In this document: positions 12,409-25,539 of the stretch, in pieces
Layout: every line of letters starts with the position of its first letter
Position numbering within the stretch: position 1 is the first letter of the stretch
Source: Lytechinus pictus
Taxonomy: Eukaryota
Length of the DNA: 64,000 nt
Direction: 5' to 3'
Assembly: GCF_037042905.1 (NCBI RefSeq)
Contig: NC_087250.1
Span: 26,042,001-26,106,000, forward strand
Notes under the pieces: model-generated
Seen by the model: only the letters and a program-made list of their open reading frames with translations
Told to the model about the DNA's origin: nothing
The model's database searches: none
Made by a program: the position numbers and the translations under genes

Positions 12409-15400
12409 TGTTAATGAGCAAATGAGCAAGATTTATCCAAGTCCTCTCGTGGCTGAATTCATATTCCTGCAAAATCTCGTTAAATGTGAGACTTTTTTCC
12501 CAAACATTTTGTTTCTCTCTTACAAATTCCAGTTGCCAAGAAATCATGCTGGGAGCGGGCCTTTGCTCATGCAGGACCTTGCCTGAAAACCCAGACTTCA
12601 GTGACCACCTTCAAGGGCAACCTGAAAACATACCTGTATGAGAGACTTATTGATAGACATTGACTTATTGATCAGACATGTATTATGTGTAAATAGTTTT
12701 TTGTTGTTCTGCTCTGAAGCGCCTAGAGCATCTAATCAAGATGGAAATTGCGCTATACAAATGTAATGTATTATTATTTATCATTATTAATTTGACCATT
12801 TTATCCTTGAGTAAAATTTATTATTTTTGTACCGTTGGAAAGAGTAAACCTTTCTCTCGTATGTTGATTATTTCTTCGGAATAAAATCTAAGACACTACA
12901 AGGGGAAGAGAGCTTGGTCACTTCGGCGATTTTTGAAACGATCGATTACGCTTTTGGGAAGGGCGCCCAATAGCGTCGAATAAGTAAACCTTTTTCTCAA
13001 CGGCACGGGACTGTGTATAAAATATATGGGGGAAATAAGAGAGGGCACCACGGCGGCACATTTGGTTAATTCCACCTCTTCTTTGCCAGAAATCTATAAG
13101 ATGTTTTCGTCTCTAATTGCAGCAAAAAATATTGAAGAAAAAAAATTGCGAAAAAGTACTCGACCATTTATCGCTAAGTTTTGTACATAACCCCAAATGG
13201 CAATACGCGACTGTCTACTTTCTCTACGCTGTAGGGTGCTCTTTCCTAGTGTTTCATTACATTTTTACTTTAATTATTGTTATTTTTCTTATTATCATTA
13301 TTATTGTTGTCATTATTATCATTATTATTATTATTATCATTATTGTTATTATTGTTTTTTTTTTGTTCATCAATATTATTAGCATTATTATTATTATTAT
13401 TAGGTGATATATCTATTGACATATAAATTTATGTTTCTACGCATTTTCTTTTTTATTTCGTTATTTTTATTATTTATTTTTCCCTTTTCACCATAATCTG
13501 CAAAACTCCAAAATGAATTCAAAATATTATCAGTTATGCGGACTTATCATGCGATGTGTACAAAACGAGTTCAAGGTCAAAGGTCACCATGACGTCATCT
13601 ACGAGACCAATTCTTTTTAAAGCACGTTATCAATCAAGATTATCTTCATTAACAATTTTTTTAAAATCCAACTTATTTACATTAACTTCAGGTCAGGTTA
13701 GGGGCGTTCAGGAAAGCATTTCAACAATATATTTGTCCGAACAGATGTCAGATCTGACTACTTTCCTTGGTTTTGATTGGCTGAGTAGCACTGTTGCTAT
13801 GGCAACTGTCGGATAAAACGTCTGACATCTTTTCATGAGACACTCCACAAATAACAATGCTAAAAGACACCACTAGATAATCGATTATAAACAAATTAGA
13901 GTCAGAAAAATATGTTATTTTAACAATTTTATTCCTTTTTTTCTAAACAAACCATCAACTTACATATTTTTTCAGTTTTTGACGCATTTAAAAAGATATA
14001 AAGTATAAAAGGTCTTCACACAAGTTTTCCTCTAGAAATATGATAACTTTGTAAATTGCCTATAAGCACATTATCGTTCGGTAAGGTGTTAATATTTAGT
14101 AGTGCATTAAACGTAATAATAATTCGATTTTCCGGTTGTCTGTCTATCTAACTAAAGAATTAACGCCAAGGAAACTGTTCAGGACTGCATTTATTGACTC
14201 ATAAATTGGATTCATAACTCACCGATCAAAAAATGCGAGCGCAAAGCGCACGAGCTCAAATTTTTTTTATATTCCAACCTGAAAACTGGACTTTTTTGGA
14301 ACCAAGAACAGGATTAGTACCGTACTTAGCAATAATTGATGCGAACATGATAAGAAAATTGTGATTTCTTAACCTAAAATGTATTATGTTTTACCAAAAA
14401 AAGGGTATTTCTTTTTTTAATGGCTTATTTCATTTGGAAAAAAGAGCATTTTCGATTTTTGAAAAGGGGTATTTTTCTACAGGGAATTTTCGGGGGGGGG
14501 GGGGGGGGCAAGAGAGGACCTGAAAATGAGTCATTTTTAGGACTTTTGTAAGTTTTCATGTTTTTCTGCTTACGACCACTTTTACATTTTATTTATCATT
14601 TTTTGTATCTTCTACACTACCAGAATGAAGAATACTAACAAAATAAAGTTATATTCAAAAGGATATAAAATAAACGGGACGCACCCCATACCCTTTGTTG
14701 GGGAGGGTAAATTTTATTTCTTAAAACAGTAAAACAGCGTTCTTTATTAAACCACATTGACACAAAAACAAGTAGGGTGATTATTTCCTTGAAACTGTAA
14801 GGGAAATTAAATTAATTGTCGAACCATATGATGAAAAAGAAGTAGACATTTTTTTACTTTGTTTTGTCAATCTGAGACAATTCACTCAGAATTACAAAAT
14901 ATATATACAATTGAGAAAAAAGACTTGCATTTGATCCTAAGTTTCTTGAAACGGTCCATATTAGGGAGATATCAATCGGAGGGGGTTCACAAAATAAATG
15001 GGGGGAAATACATAATCGATTACATATCATCCAGTTGAAATGTGTTTAGTTTCCCCCTTGACAAACCGTATTATAGCCCTTTTTACTGTTTTTTTTTTTA
15101 ATTAAATTTTTAATAATCATAAGTATGCGGGGTTTTTTTCCATGATAATTCAAAAAAGATTACAAGAATCACATCAACTATTTAAATTATGTATTTTGTT
15201 GGTCATATATGCTTAAATTTCCAGTAACTTTGTATCACCTATGGGTTGAGTGCAAAATAACCCCAATTTGTTAATGAGCAAATGAGCAAGATTTGTCCAA
15301 GTCATCTCGTGGCTGAATTCATATTCCTGCAAAATCTCGTTAAATGTGAGACTTTTTTCCCAAACATTTTTTTTCTCTCTTACAAATTCCAGTTGCCAAG

Positions 15401-18131
15401 AAATCATGCTGGGAGCTGGCCTTTGCTCATGCAGGACCTTGCCTGAAAACCCAGACTTCAGTGACCACCTTCAAGGGCAACCTAAAAACATACCTGTATG
15501 AGAGAGTTATTGATAGACATTGACTTATTGATCAGACATGTATTATGTGTAAATAGTTTTTTGTTGTCCTGCTCTGAAGCGCCTAGAGCATCTAATCAAG
15601 ATGGAAATTGCGCTTTACAAATGTAATGTATTATTATTTATCATTATTAATTTGACCATTTTATCCTTGAGTAAAATTTATTATTTTTGTACCGTTGGAA
15701 AGAGTAAACCTTTCTCTCGTATGTTGATTATTTCTTCGGAATAAAATCTAAGACACTACAAGGGGAAGAGAGCTTGGTCACTTCGGCGATTTTTGAAACG
15801 ATCGATTACGCTTTTGGGAAGGGCGCCCAATAGCGTCGAATAAGTAAACCTTTCTCTCAACGGCACGGGACTGTGTATAAAATATATGGGGGAAATAAGA
15901 GAGGGCACCACGGCGGCACATTTGGTTAATTCCACCTCTTCTTTGCCAGAAATCTATAAGATGTTTTCGTCTCTAATTGCAGCAAAAAATATTGAAGAAA
16001 AAAAATTGCGAAAAAGTACTCGACCATTTATCGCTAAGTTTTGTACATAACCCCAAATGGCAATACGCGACTGTCTACTTTCTCTACGCTGTAGGGTGCT
16101 CTTTCCTAGTGTTTCATTACATTTTTACTTTAATTATTGTTATTTTTCTTATTATCATTATTATTGTTATCATTATTATCATTATTATTATTATTATCAT
16201 TATTGTTATTATTGTTTTTTTTTGTTCATCAATATTATTAGCATTATTATTATTATTATTAGGTGATATATATATTGACATATAAATTTATGTTTCTACG
16301 CATTTTCTTTTTTATTTCGTTATTTTTATTATTTATTTTTCCCTTTTCACCATAATCTGCAAAACTCCTAAATGAATTCAAAATATTATCAGTTATGCGG
16401 ACTTATCATGCGATGTGTACAAAACGAGTTCAAGGTCAAAAGGTCACCATGACGTCATCTACGAGACCAATTCTTTTTAAAGCACGTTATCAATCAAGTT
16501 TATCTTCATTATCAATTATAAAAAAATCCAACTTATTTACCTCAACTTCAGGTCAGGTTAGGGGCGTTCAGGAAAGCATTTCAACAATATTTTTGTCCGA
16601 CCAGATGTCAGATCTGACTAATTTCCTTGGTTTTGATTGGCTGAGTAGCACTGTTGCTATGGTAACTGTCGGATAAAACGTCTGACATCTTTTCATGAGA
16701 CACTCCACAAATAATAATGCTAAAAGACACCACTAGATAATCGATTATAAACAAATTAGAGTCAGAAAAATATGTTATTTTAACAATTTTATTCCTTTTT
16801 TTCTAAACAAACCATCAACTTACATATTTTTTCAGTTTTTGACGCATTTAAAAAGATATAAAGTATAAAAGGTCTTCACACAAGTTTTCCTCTAGAAATA
16901 TGATAACTTTGTAAATTGCCTATAAGCACATTATCGTTCGGTAAGGTGTTAATATTTAGTAGTGCATTAAACGTAATAATAATTCGATTTTCCGGTTGTC
17001 TGTCTATCTAACTAACGAATTAACGCCAAGGAAACTGTTCAGGACTGCATTTATTGACTCATAAATTGGATTCATAACTCACCGATCAAAAATGCGAGCG
17101 CAAAGCGCACGAGCTCAATTTTTTATTTATATTCCAACCTGAAAACTGGACTTTTTTGGAACCAAGAACAGGATTAGTACCGTACTTAGCAATAATTGAT
17201 GCGAACGTGATAAGAAAATTGTGATTTCTTAACCTAAAATGTATTATGTTTTACCCAAAAAAAGGGTATTTCTTTTTTTTTAATGGCTTATTTCATTTGG
17301 AAAAAAGAGCATTTTCGATTTTTGAAAAGGGGTATTTTTCTACAGGGAATTTTCGGGGGAGGGGGCAAGAGAGGACCTGAAAATGAGTCATTTTTAGGAC
17401 TTTTGTAAGTTTTCATGTTTTTCTGCTTACGACCACTTTTACATTTTATTTATCATTTTTTGTATCTTCTACACTACCAGAATGAAGAATACTAACAAAA
17501 TAAAGTTATATTCAAAAGGATATAAAATAAACGGGACGCACCCCATACCCTTTGTTGGGGAGGGTAAATTTTATTTCTTAAAACAGTAAAACAGCGTTCT
17601 GTATTAAACCACATTGACACAAAAACAAGTAGGGTGTTTATTTCCTTGAAACTGTAGGGAAATGAAATTAATTGTCGAACCATATGATGAAAAAGAAGTA
17701 GACATTCTTTTACTTTGTTTTGTCAATCTGAGACACTTCACTCAAAATTAAAAAATATATATACAATTGAGAAAAAAGACTTGCATTTGATCCTAAGTTT
17801 CTTGCAACGGTCCATATTAGGGAGATATCAATCGGGGGGGGGTTCACAAAATAAATGGGGGGGAATACATAATCGATTACATATCATCCAGTTGAAATGT
17901 GTTTAGTTTCCCCCTATACAAACCGTATTATAGCCTATTTTACTGTGTTTGTTTTTTTTTTTTAATTTTTAATAATCATAAGTATGCGGGGTTTTTCTTC
18001 CATGATAATTAAAAAAAAATTACAAGAATCACATCAACTATTCAAATTATGTATTTTGTTGGTGATATATTCTTAAATTTCCATTAAAATAGTATCACCT
18101 ATGGGTTGAGTGCAAAATAACCCCAATTTGT
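12409..18131. repeat. Direct tandem duplication, 2 x ~2860 bp
   Basis: TGTTAATGAGCAAATGAGC starts at 12409 and 15269; both units end CCCCAATTTG. Scattered substitutions and homopolymer differences; duplicated ORFs appear in the track (13117/15977, 13556/16395). Confidence 0.95.
12545..12790 (+). mobile_element. L2-type LINE 3' end (duplicated at ~15405-15650; similar tail on - strand at ~8135-8215)
   Basis: FKGNLKTYLY followed by AAGCGCCTAGAGCATC...GCGCTATACAAAT...(TAT)n tail. Confidence 0.6.
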
Positions 18132-18189
18132 GCTAGCACCGGCATTCATTTGCTCGGTGTTGCTAGTCAATGCAAAAGTCAGACCACAA

Positions 18190-18560
18190 GAAAAGAAAAT
18201 TACCCTTTAATGTCTGAAAGAAATGATGGTGTATTCCGGAATTCTGTGCCAATTTACAGGTACCACTTCTTTCTTCCATGTGGTACGGGTCATTACGCAA
18301 ATATTCTTTGACCAGAGATAGAGAATATGTAACCGAACGTGAATTGAATATAATGGGGGATCAATTTCATTTTATTTTCCAATGTCCTTTTTCTCAGATG
18401 ACGGGATTAGGTATATTCCGTCTTATTTTAGAATTTGCCCAAATACGCGTAAGATATCCATGCTATTTAATACCACGGACCCAAAAGTGATGTCAAAACT
18501 TGCCAAGTTTTTTTTAAAGAATACTTGCTGGATTTAGAAAGCAGATTTTACAAGTATATT
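18190..18560 (+). mobile_element. CR1-group LINE ORF2 C-terminal fragment (degenerate)
   Basis: MGDQFHFIFQC resembles the GDEFHF..xC motif at the CR1-group ORF2 C-terminus; frameshifted. Confidence 0.55.
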
Positions 18561-18799
18561 ATGAAAGCCTGCATGTCATGCACATGCATGTTAACTGATT
18601 ATTGTAAAAAAATGGTGTGTTATAATTATTTTTTTGTTTTCTCTTAAATGCCTTCATTTTGTTATCATACAATGCATTATACATGTAAAATATATGTGTA
18701 TTTCTCATACCCCGAAAGGGATCGACAGAAATTTGCAAATAAAGTTCAAAGTTAAAGTAGATATCCTTAGAACATATATATATATATATATATATACAT

Positions 18800-18955
18800 A
18801 TCAGAAATGCGAAACAAATGATATTCACGAGTAATGCAAGTTTGCAATGCCAAAAAGTTCTTTATTGGCATTGCAAATTTGCATTACTCGTGAATATTAT
18901 TTGTTTCGCATTTCTGATGTCTCATTATTGCCAATACGTGGAAAACCAAGATGCT
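18800..18955. mobile_element. ~54-bp-arm hairpin plus ~37-bp tail between (TA)n tracts
   Basis: ATCAGAAATGCGAAACAAAT...GCAATGCCAA / TTGGCATTGC...ATTTGTTTCGCATTTCTGAT, then a unique tail; TA repeats on both sides. Confidence 0.7.
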
Positions 18956-18993
18956 TATATTATATATATATATAGATATATATATATATATAT

Positions 18994-19817
18994 GAAGAGC
19001 TCACTTGCAAAAGGGGTTAGGTCCATTTTTCATCAAATTTGATTTTATGTCTTAATGTATAGACTTTTAGCAGCTCTATAAGATGATACCAAAGAAAAGT
19101 TGAAATTCCTATTCAAAAGTGAACTAAAATGGCAACGAAAAATCACTTTTTTTCAAAAGGGGTTAGGTCCATTTCAGTTTAGTTGCAAAAGGGGTTAGGT
19201 CCACACAATTTTATTTTGGAAAAGAATATCTTAAACAATATTAAGACAGGTAGATTTCTCTAATAAAAAAATTTATGTTCTCATGGCAGGGTATCATGAA
19301 AATTCTGTTTCGAATAAAAATATTGCAATATGGGAGAATTAAAAAAAATATTTTCTTGGAGTGGACCTAACCCCTTTTGCAACTAAACTATTCTTAAGAA
19401 CTCATTTGTCAAAAGGGGTTAGGTACATTTTTTCATAAATTTTATTGTTTTCTGTCTCTAAACCTCTAAATTCTTAGTCACTCTTATGATACCAAAGACA
19501 ATTTTTAATTCAAATGAAAACGTGAATGAAAGTGGCAAAGAAAAATCACTTTTTTAATCAAAAGAGATTGGATTCATTTCGGTTTAGTTGCAAAAGGGGT
19601 TAGGTCCGCAATGATATATTTTTTTTAATATGTAGAAAAAAATTAAAGACAGGTAGATTTCTTTTATACCCAATTTTATGTTCACATGATCATGATGATA
19701 GGGTAGTACATCATGACAAATTAGTTTCTCATAAGAATATGCAATAAGTGAGAATAAAAAACATGTTTTTTATCGGAATGGTCCAACGTGGACCTAACCC
19801 CTTTTGCAACTAAACTC

Positions 19818-19820
<3 letters not shown>
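18994..19820. mobile_element. TIR element (Sola-like MITE) in (TA)n
   Basis: ATAT|GAAGAG...TTGCAAAAGGGGTTAGGTCC ... GGACCTAACCCCTTTTGCAA...CTCTTC|ATAT. About 7 internal AAAGGGGTTAGGT motifs arranged in two ~410-bp subunits. Confidence 0.7.

Positions 19821-19912
<92 letters not shown>
19821..19912. repeat. (TA)n microsatellite (others at ~18775, ~20122, ~56526-56601, ~61295-61340)
   Basis: Direct read of the sequence. Confidence 0.95.
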
Positions 19913-19913
<1 letters not shown>

Positions 19914-20126
19914 AATGTGTGAAGTTATACATGTACAACAGCTTTGGCAACTCTTTTATTTAGATATTGTAAAGAAATGAATGAAGAGAACAATGGTAGG
20001 CGTAGCTTAAATCAAGGTTCCCCAGAGCTATCTACCCACCAATTTTTCCAAAGGGTAGATAGCTCTGGGGAACCTTGATTTAAGCTACGCCTACCATTGT
20101 TCTCTTCATTCATTTCTTTACAATAT
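19913..20126. mobile_element. Perfect 74-bp-arm hairpin plus ~50-bp tail between (TA)n tracts; same family as 56602-61290
   Basis: Arms 19964-20037 and 20053-20126 with a 15-nt loop. The arm matches 56602-56675. The tail 19913-19963 matches the reverse complement of ~61245-61295. Confidence 0.85.
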
Positions 20127-20146
20127 ATATATATATATATATATAT

Positions 20147-20530
20147 AAGAGGATCTTATACATGAAAACGAGGAAAAATTGTCTTGCGGGGGTACCTTCA
20201 AGGACAGATACAACTCAACTCTCTAAGTATCTATGGAAACTAAAGGAAGTAAACACCAAGTTTGAAGTAACGTGGGGGTAGAGAAGAAGTCTAACACTAA
20301 CCTAAGAAAGGGTGGGCTCTGCAATCTCTGCCGAGAAGAGAAGTACATCATTATCACCAATAGCAAAAAGTGCCGCCACAGACACCGACCAAGTCCCCCA
20401 GAAAACCAATCACGACCCATCGCAGCACGCAGACACAACCAAGTCGTCAAATCATCAGTCTGCCTGAAGATCGCCAAAAGCGTGAAACCGACGGTAGTAG
20501 ACCAAACTGACCAAGTTATGAATATATATT
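20147..20530 (+). mobile_element. Penelope-like element 3' fragment (GIY-YIG C-terminus)
   Basis: Frameshifted LAGGTFKDRYN / STQLSKYLWKLKE...VTW / GGLCNLCREEKYII...KCRH, followed by a hammerhead; flanked by TA repeats. Confidence 0.75.
20458..20502 (+). ncRNA. Type I hammerhead ribozyme (Penelope pLTR)
   Basis: Stem I GTCTGC/GTAGAC, core CTGAAGA, stem II CGC-CAAAA-GCG, GAAA, stem III ACC-GAC-GGT, cleavage triplet GTA. Confidence 0.8.
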
Positions 20531-21285
20531 GCTCTGCCCCGGCATTGAGCACTTTTTTTTTGGAAACCTCAACCAATCCCATACCAAGTGGATATATAAT
20601 GACTGTACGAAACTGCAGTTACTGAAAAGTGGTCAACTACATGTACATATAGGAGCTTCATGTAGTATAGTAATATGATGGATCGAGTTGCTTAGATTTA
20701 AGTTGTATGGACTGTCCCCCCCCCCCCCTGAGGGTTCATCAGCAACTAAATCATATTTAATGTTGAACTAATAAAGTACAGCTAAAGAGAATAAAGAGAA
20801 TAGCGAAATGGGTTTAACACAAAGGGGGGGGGGGGGTGTTCTATGATTAAACATAACCTGAAAGGAAAATTTCTTCTTGTGTTTGCAGGATGAAATGAGT
20901 TCTGTTCTTGAGTTTATTATTGCTGCTTATATATAGTGGCCGTGATTATGTGGTACTTCTCCAACAGACACAGGTTGCACCTCTTTGAAATGTGGGCCTA
21001 CCTGATGATAGGTTCTTAAACCACTAACTTAATATCGACATAACCTCACTTCTTTTAGACTATAATATGTGTGATTTGTAATCCATTATGTATATCGGAC
21101 TATTCACATGGCTAGTTTTGACATGTAAAAAAAAAAAAAAAAGTTAATATTTACCCAATGGGAACAGTGCAAAGGAAGACAATAAGCCAGTTATTAGTTC
21201 CATTCTGCGCATGATCAGAAGAAGGTCATTTGTGCTTAAAGTGACATTAGTTCAGTAGACAGCCCCATAAGCATGTAGATGACAT

Positions 21286-21436
21286 GGGGAGCGTTTCATC
21301 AACATTTATGTCCGACAAGTTGTCAGATCTGACAACTTTCCTTGATGCTGGTTGGCTGGAAAGCACAGTTACTGTCGGATAAAACAAAACTTGTCAGATA
21401 AAACGTCCGACAAGTCCTTTAATGAAACGCTCCCCT
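21286..21436. mobile_element. Short Harbinger-like MITE (other copies ~13700-13846, ~16560-16706, 49696-49856)
   Basis: GGGGAGCGTTTCAT ... ATGAAACGCTCCCC with a conserved GTCAGATCTGAC interior. Confidence 0.7.
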
Positions 21437-23694
21437 GGAAAAGTTGCTAAATGCAAGGATTTTAGGGGTTTATTTGTCTTCTAGGTGGTTTCCGAAGTAA
21501 ATTTAGGTTGGTTTCAACCTTGGCAATCATGGGGCATAAATAAGGAATATGTGCCAAAGGATTCTGGAAGAAATTGTGTAACTGCTGAGAAATTAGCAAA
21601 TAAGCACGGGATTCGGGTTAAGCGTCGGGCCGACATTCTAAGCCAGCCATTCTCAATTACTTTTTTTGAAGCGCCACATTTCATGTTGAGAATCTGTAAT
21701 GCTCCACTGTCCATTGCGCAAACCAGCAATGTATCAGCGGAGGGGGTTCAGAGGCCCCTGGTGGGGGTCGAGGGGGCAGAACCCCCAGACGTTTTGGAAT
21801 ATGAGGCCTTTTAAATTGCCCAGAGGGGCTCTAATTAATATCAACAGAAGAAATACAAATGCCAACAAACTACACAATATCAATATTAAAAGAAAAATGA
21901 CCAGTGACTTTTTCACAACATACCAATGATACCACTAGTTCAGACTGTTCTGCCCCAGATATATTGGCTGAAGCAAGTGGCGTAATGAGTAAAAAAAAAA
22001 ATGAGGGGGCTAGATATGGCAGCTGAAGCAAAAATATTGAACTTTGCAATACAAATATCTATATTTTGACATAATATTAAGAAAATGATACAATATTCCA
22101 CTCTTTCCCTTTCCTTTTCTTTCCCTTTCTCCTTTTTTTTCTTGGCCATGAAACACTTGGGCCCCCCAATCGCCACCCCCATCTGTACGCCAGTGGTTAA
22201 AGCTGCGTTCCCCGATTTTGCAAAGGCAAAAAATTAGGCGTTGCACTGCACTAACGCCCCAACTGCCCCTCTCTCTCTCTATAACTCACATGCAGTATCA
22301 TTCATTCAGTTCATGTTAAGCAAGAGTGCATGCAGGCAATCACGGCAGACAATGCATCTGAGCATACTTATTTCACTTTTACAACATCGGATTTTAATCG
22401 GCTTCAGAAACAAAGTTTCTGCTTGTTATGTCCCAAATTCATAATCTTTTATGATCAGGATGTTCTTTGAATATCATATTATTTGATGTTTAACTCTTAA
22501 CCAAAACGTATACTCTGGAAATGCAAAATTTCTCGCCGTTGAAATAGAAATCCTACAAACGGGGTTTTCAAATCACTTGTGCGGCACAAAAACTTTGTAC
22601 AGCGTAGAATAAATATAAAGGAGAACACCATCGATCCTCCATAATAGGGGTTATCGAGTGCTAAATTGGATAACATTTGAGGAAATCAATTAGCAATTAA
22701 GTGTCAAGTAAAGAGTTTTTGTTTTCTCTTTGTATTAAAATGATCACCAAAACCTTATTGCCAGGTTACTGGTAGATACATTTTTTTCTCCCTTATTTTT
22801 CCTTTATTTTTTATACCGGCTCCCAAGCGCCACTCCGCAAGGCTCGGTGCGCCACAAGTGGCGCGCGCGCCACCTATTGAGAACCCCTGTTCTAAGCAAT
22901 AATAATGCACTGTCCCACGTGCGCTTATCTGTGTTGGTGATCTTCAGTGTGAACAGTTTTCAGCGTAGATTTCAAAATTTCACAAAGTTCAGTTTATGTA
23001 ACTGTACCAGATCTAGATCCTCGATGATATAGTGACAACTAAGCCTGGTTTAACAGACTTTCTCTTGAAATCAGTGTTCACTGCAACTACTTTCATTTAT
23101 CTTTAAATATGCACTAAAAGAACGAGATGTGTTTGTAAATCTAGGATATGGAAAAAAGTCTTATCTTTCATGCGATTTCACTTTGCGTCGATTATCTCCG
23201 CGGTGATGGAATGCTGGAGTCTTATTGTTCAGTTGGTGCTTCCCCATATTACCGTCTCCCGGCCGTCCCGGGAAGTTTTTTGGGCGGTGATGGGTCGTGT
23301 AGGCCTAGTATTAGTACCACTACTTGTAACATGTTGCTGGTTATATCCCCTTTATTGTCCCGCAATTAGAATTAATGAATCCCCTGCAAAATTGTAACTT
23401 ATCTGAATGACTGCTAATTCGTAATATAACCGACACTTGCTGGCAACTTCGGTAAAAGTTTTGTACACCGATAGTCAATGTAAATAATTAGCATTCATCG
23501 CCTTACTAAATGTTAACGATTCCATTGGTTTTAAGGTTATTAGGATTCTAACATCGCAGACATTATGCAGAGTGAGCGAAACGATACTAACAGGGTTGGT
23601 AGGCGCGTAAATCCGATTTAGCTCCGTCCTCTTCTTACACTGAGGTGTAGGGAATAACGTACGTGACTAAGAGAAGCCCCTAAACAATCATGTA

Positions 23695-24858
23695 GGAGCT
23701 TGCAAAAGTTAAAATGATTTTATTGATATACTATTACAAATTAAATTTTGGCAAAATGGATGATTAGAATGATCAATTATATATAATTTAGAAAGTCTGA
23801 AAAAAAAAAAAATTAATATAAGAAATAATCAAGTATGAATCTTTTATACTTTAAGGACAGTATTTTTACATAATGAAATATATTCAAGTATACTTAAAAA
23901 TCATTCATAAAACGTGTATGTTTTCTTCCCGTAAATAAATACTATTTCGGTCAATATAAATTATAATCGATTGTTTTATTTCATTTTGATTCTATATGGT
24001 ACAAAATAATTTCTAGGTTCGAATCTCATCAAACAGTGCCGAGTTACACCTATAATACGTGTATAACTTCCTTAGAGTATCACCTGTAATTCATGTAGTC
24101 CCATATGTGCCTATCTGTGTATAGTACATTTGACCTGTTTCGTTTTCCAGGATGTTTCTTCCATAATAGAGTAATGTAACATTGATGGTTTTGTTTTGTG
24201 CCCATTTGTACAAAAGCGAAAAACATTGATATTTTCAGCTTTCAAGAACCAAGAAGTCACCATGAGTGCTTTAGATGGAGCTTGCAAAAGTTAAAATGAT
24301 TTTATTGATATACTATTACAAATTAAATTTTGGCAAAATGGATGATTAGAATGATCAATTATATATAATTTAGAAAGTCTGAAAAAAAAAAAAATTAATA
24401 TAAGAAATAATCAAGTATGAATCTTTTATACTTTAAGGACAGTATTTTTACATAATGAAATATATTCAAGTATACTTAAAAATCATTCATAAAACGTGTA
24501 TGTTTTCTTCCCGTAAATAAATACTATTTCGGTCAATATAAATTATAATCGATTGTTTTATTTCATTTTGATTCTATATGGTACAAAATAATTTCTAGGT
24601 TCGAATCTCATCAAACAGTGCCGAGTTACACCTATAATACGTGTATAACTTCCTTAGAGTATCACCTGTAATTCATGTAGTCCCATATGTGCCTATCTGT
24701 GTATAGTACATTTGACCTGTTTCGTTTTCCAGGATGTTTCTTCCATAATAGAGTAATGTAACATTGATGGTTTTGTTTTGTGCCCATTTGTACAAAAGCG
24801 AAAAACATTGATATTTTCAGCTTTCAAGAACCAAGAAGTCACCATGAGTGCTTTAGAT
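23695..24858. repeat. Apparently identical tandem duplication, 2 x 582 bp
   Basis: GGAGCTTGCAAAAG at 23695 and 24277. No differences seen by eye, including an identical 13-A run. Confidence 0.95.
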
Positions 24859-25539
24859 GATATTGATTTTTAATGATAATGACGATAACAGCTACAATTT
24901 ATAACGCTTTATATTGTACTTTTCTTGCAATTATTGTTCATGCTTACTTTTATAATTCATTTTCACTCAATGTCGGACAAAGTATGTATGAAATATTTGG
25001 GATATAATGAAAAATAGAGATTTCATTCTACTCAACTCAGTTTTCGGATGTGACACCTCATAGACAAGATGTGTCAGATAAAATTTATTTTGGATTAGTG
25101 ACGTCACAAACGAGCAGCTGCCCCAAATGTTATGTAATATCAAATGCATAAAACTAATTTTGTAGTGGTTGACGATGACTTATGTGAAATGATTTGTGTA
25201 TTGATAAACTAAAGGTTCAGTAAAAACCATTTCAATTTTCTGAGAAAATTACATTGCATTGTTTTTTCCAATTCAATTTAATTCAATTTATTCACATCTC
25301 TTTAAAAACATCAAAAGATCAAGTTTACAAATCAATACAAAATACAACATACATTATAGATAACATTATACAAGAAATGGTAAAGGTGAAGTGAGGACGA
25401 TGTGGGGGGTAAAAAAGTCAATTGCCTGTCAAGGTAAATCCCCGAATTTACCACACTTCAAAAATTATTACAAAATAACACATTACAAACACAAAGCTAA
25501 CAACATAAAACAACATAAAAGGCAATAAATAAAAAAAAA

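Noticed and set aside
12124..16285. Poly-Ile/Tyr ORFs (12124, 12159, 13117, 13197, 15977, 16057)
   Set aside because: They are translations of (ATT)n microsatellite-like tracts.
19005..19810. GGGGTTAGG motifs as interstitial telomeric repeat
   Set aside because: Not tandem TTAGGG; they are part of a longer subterminal motif of a TIR element.
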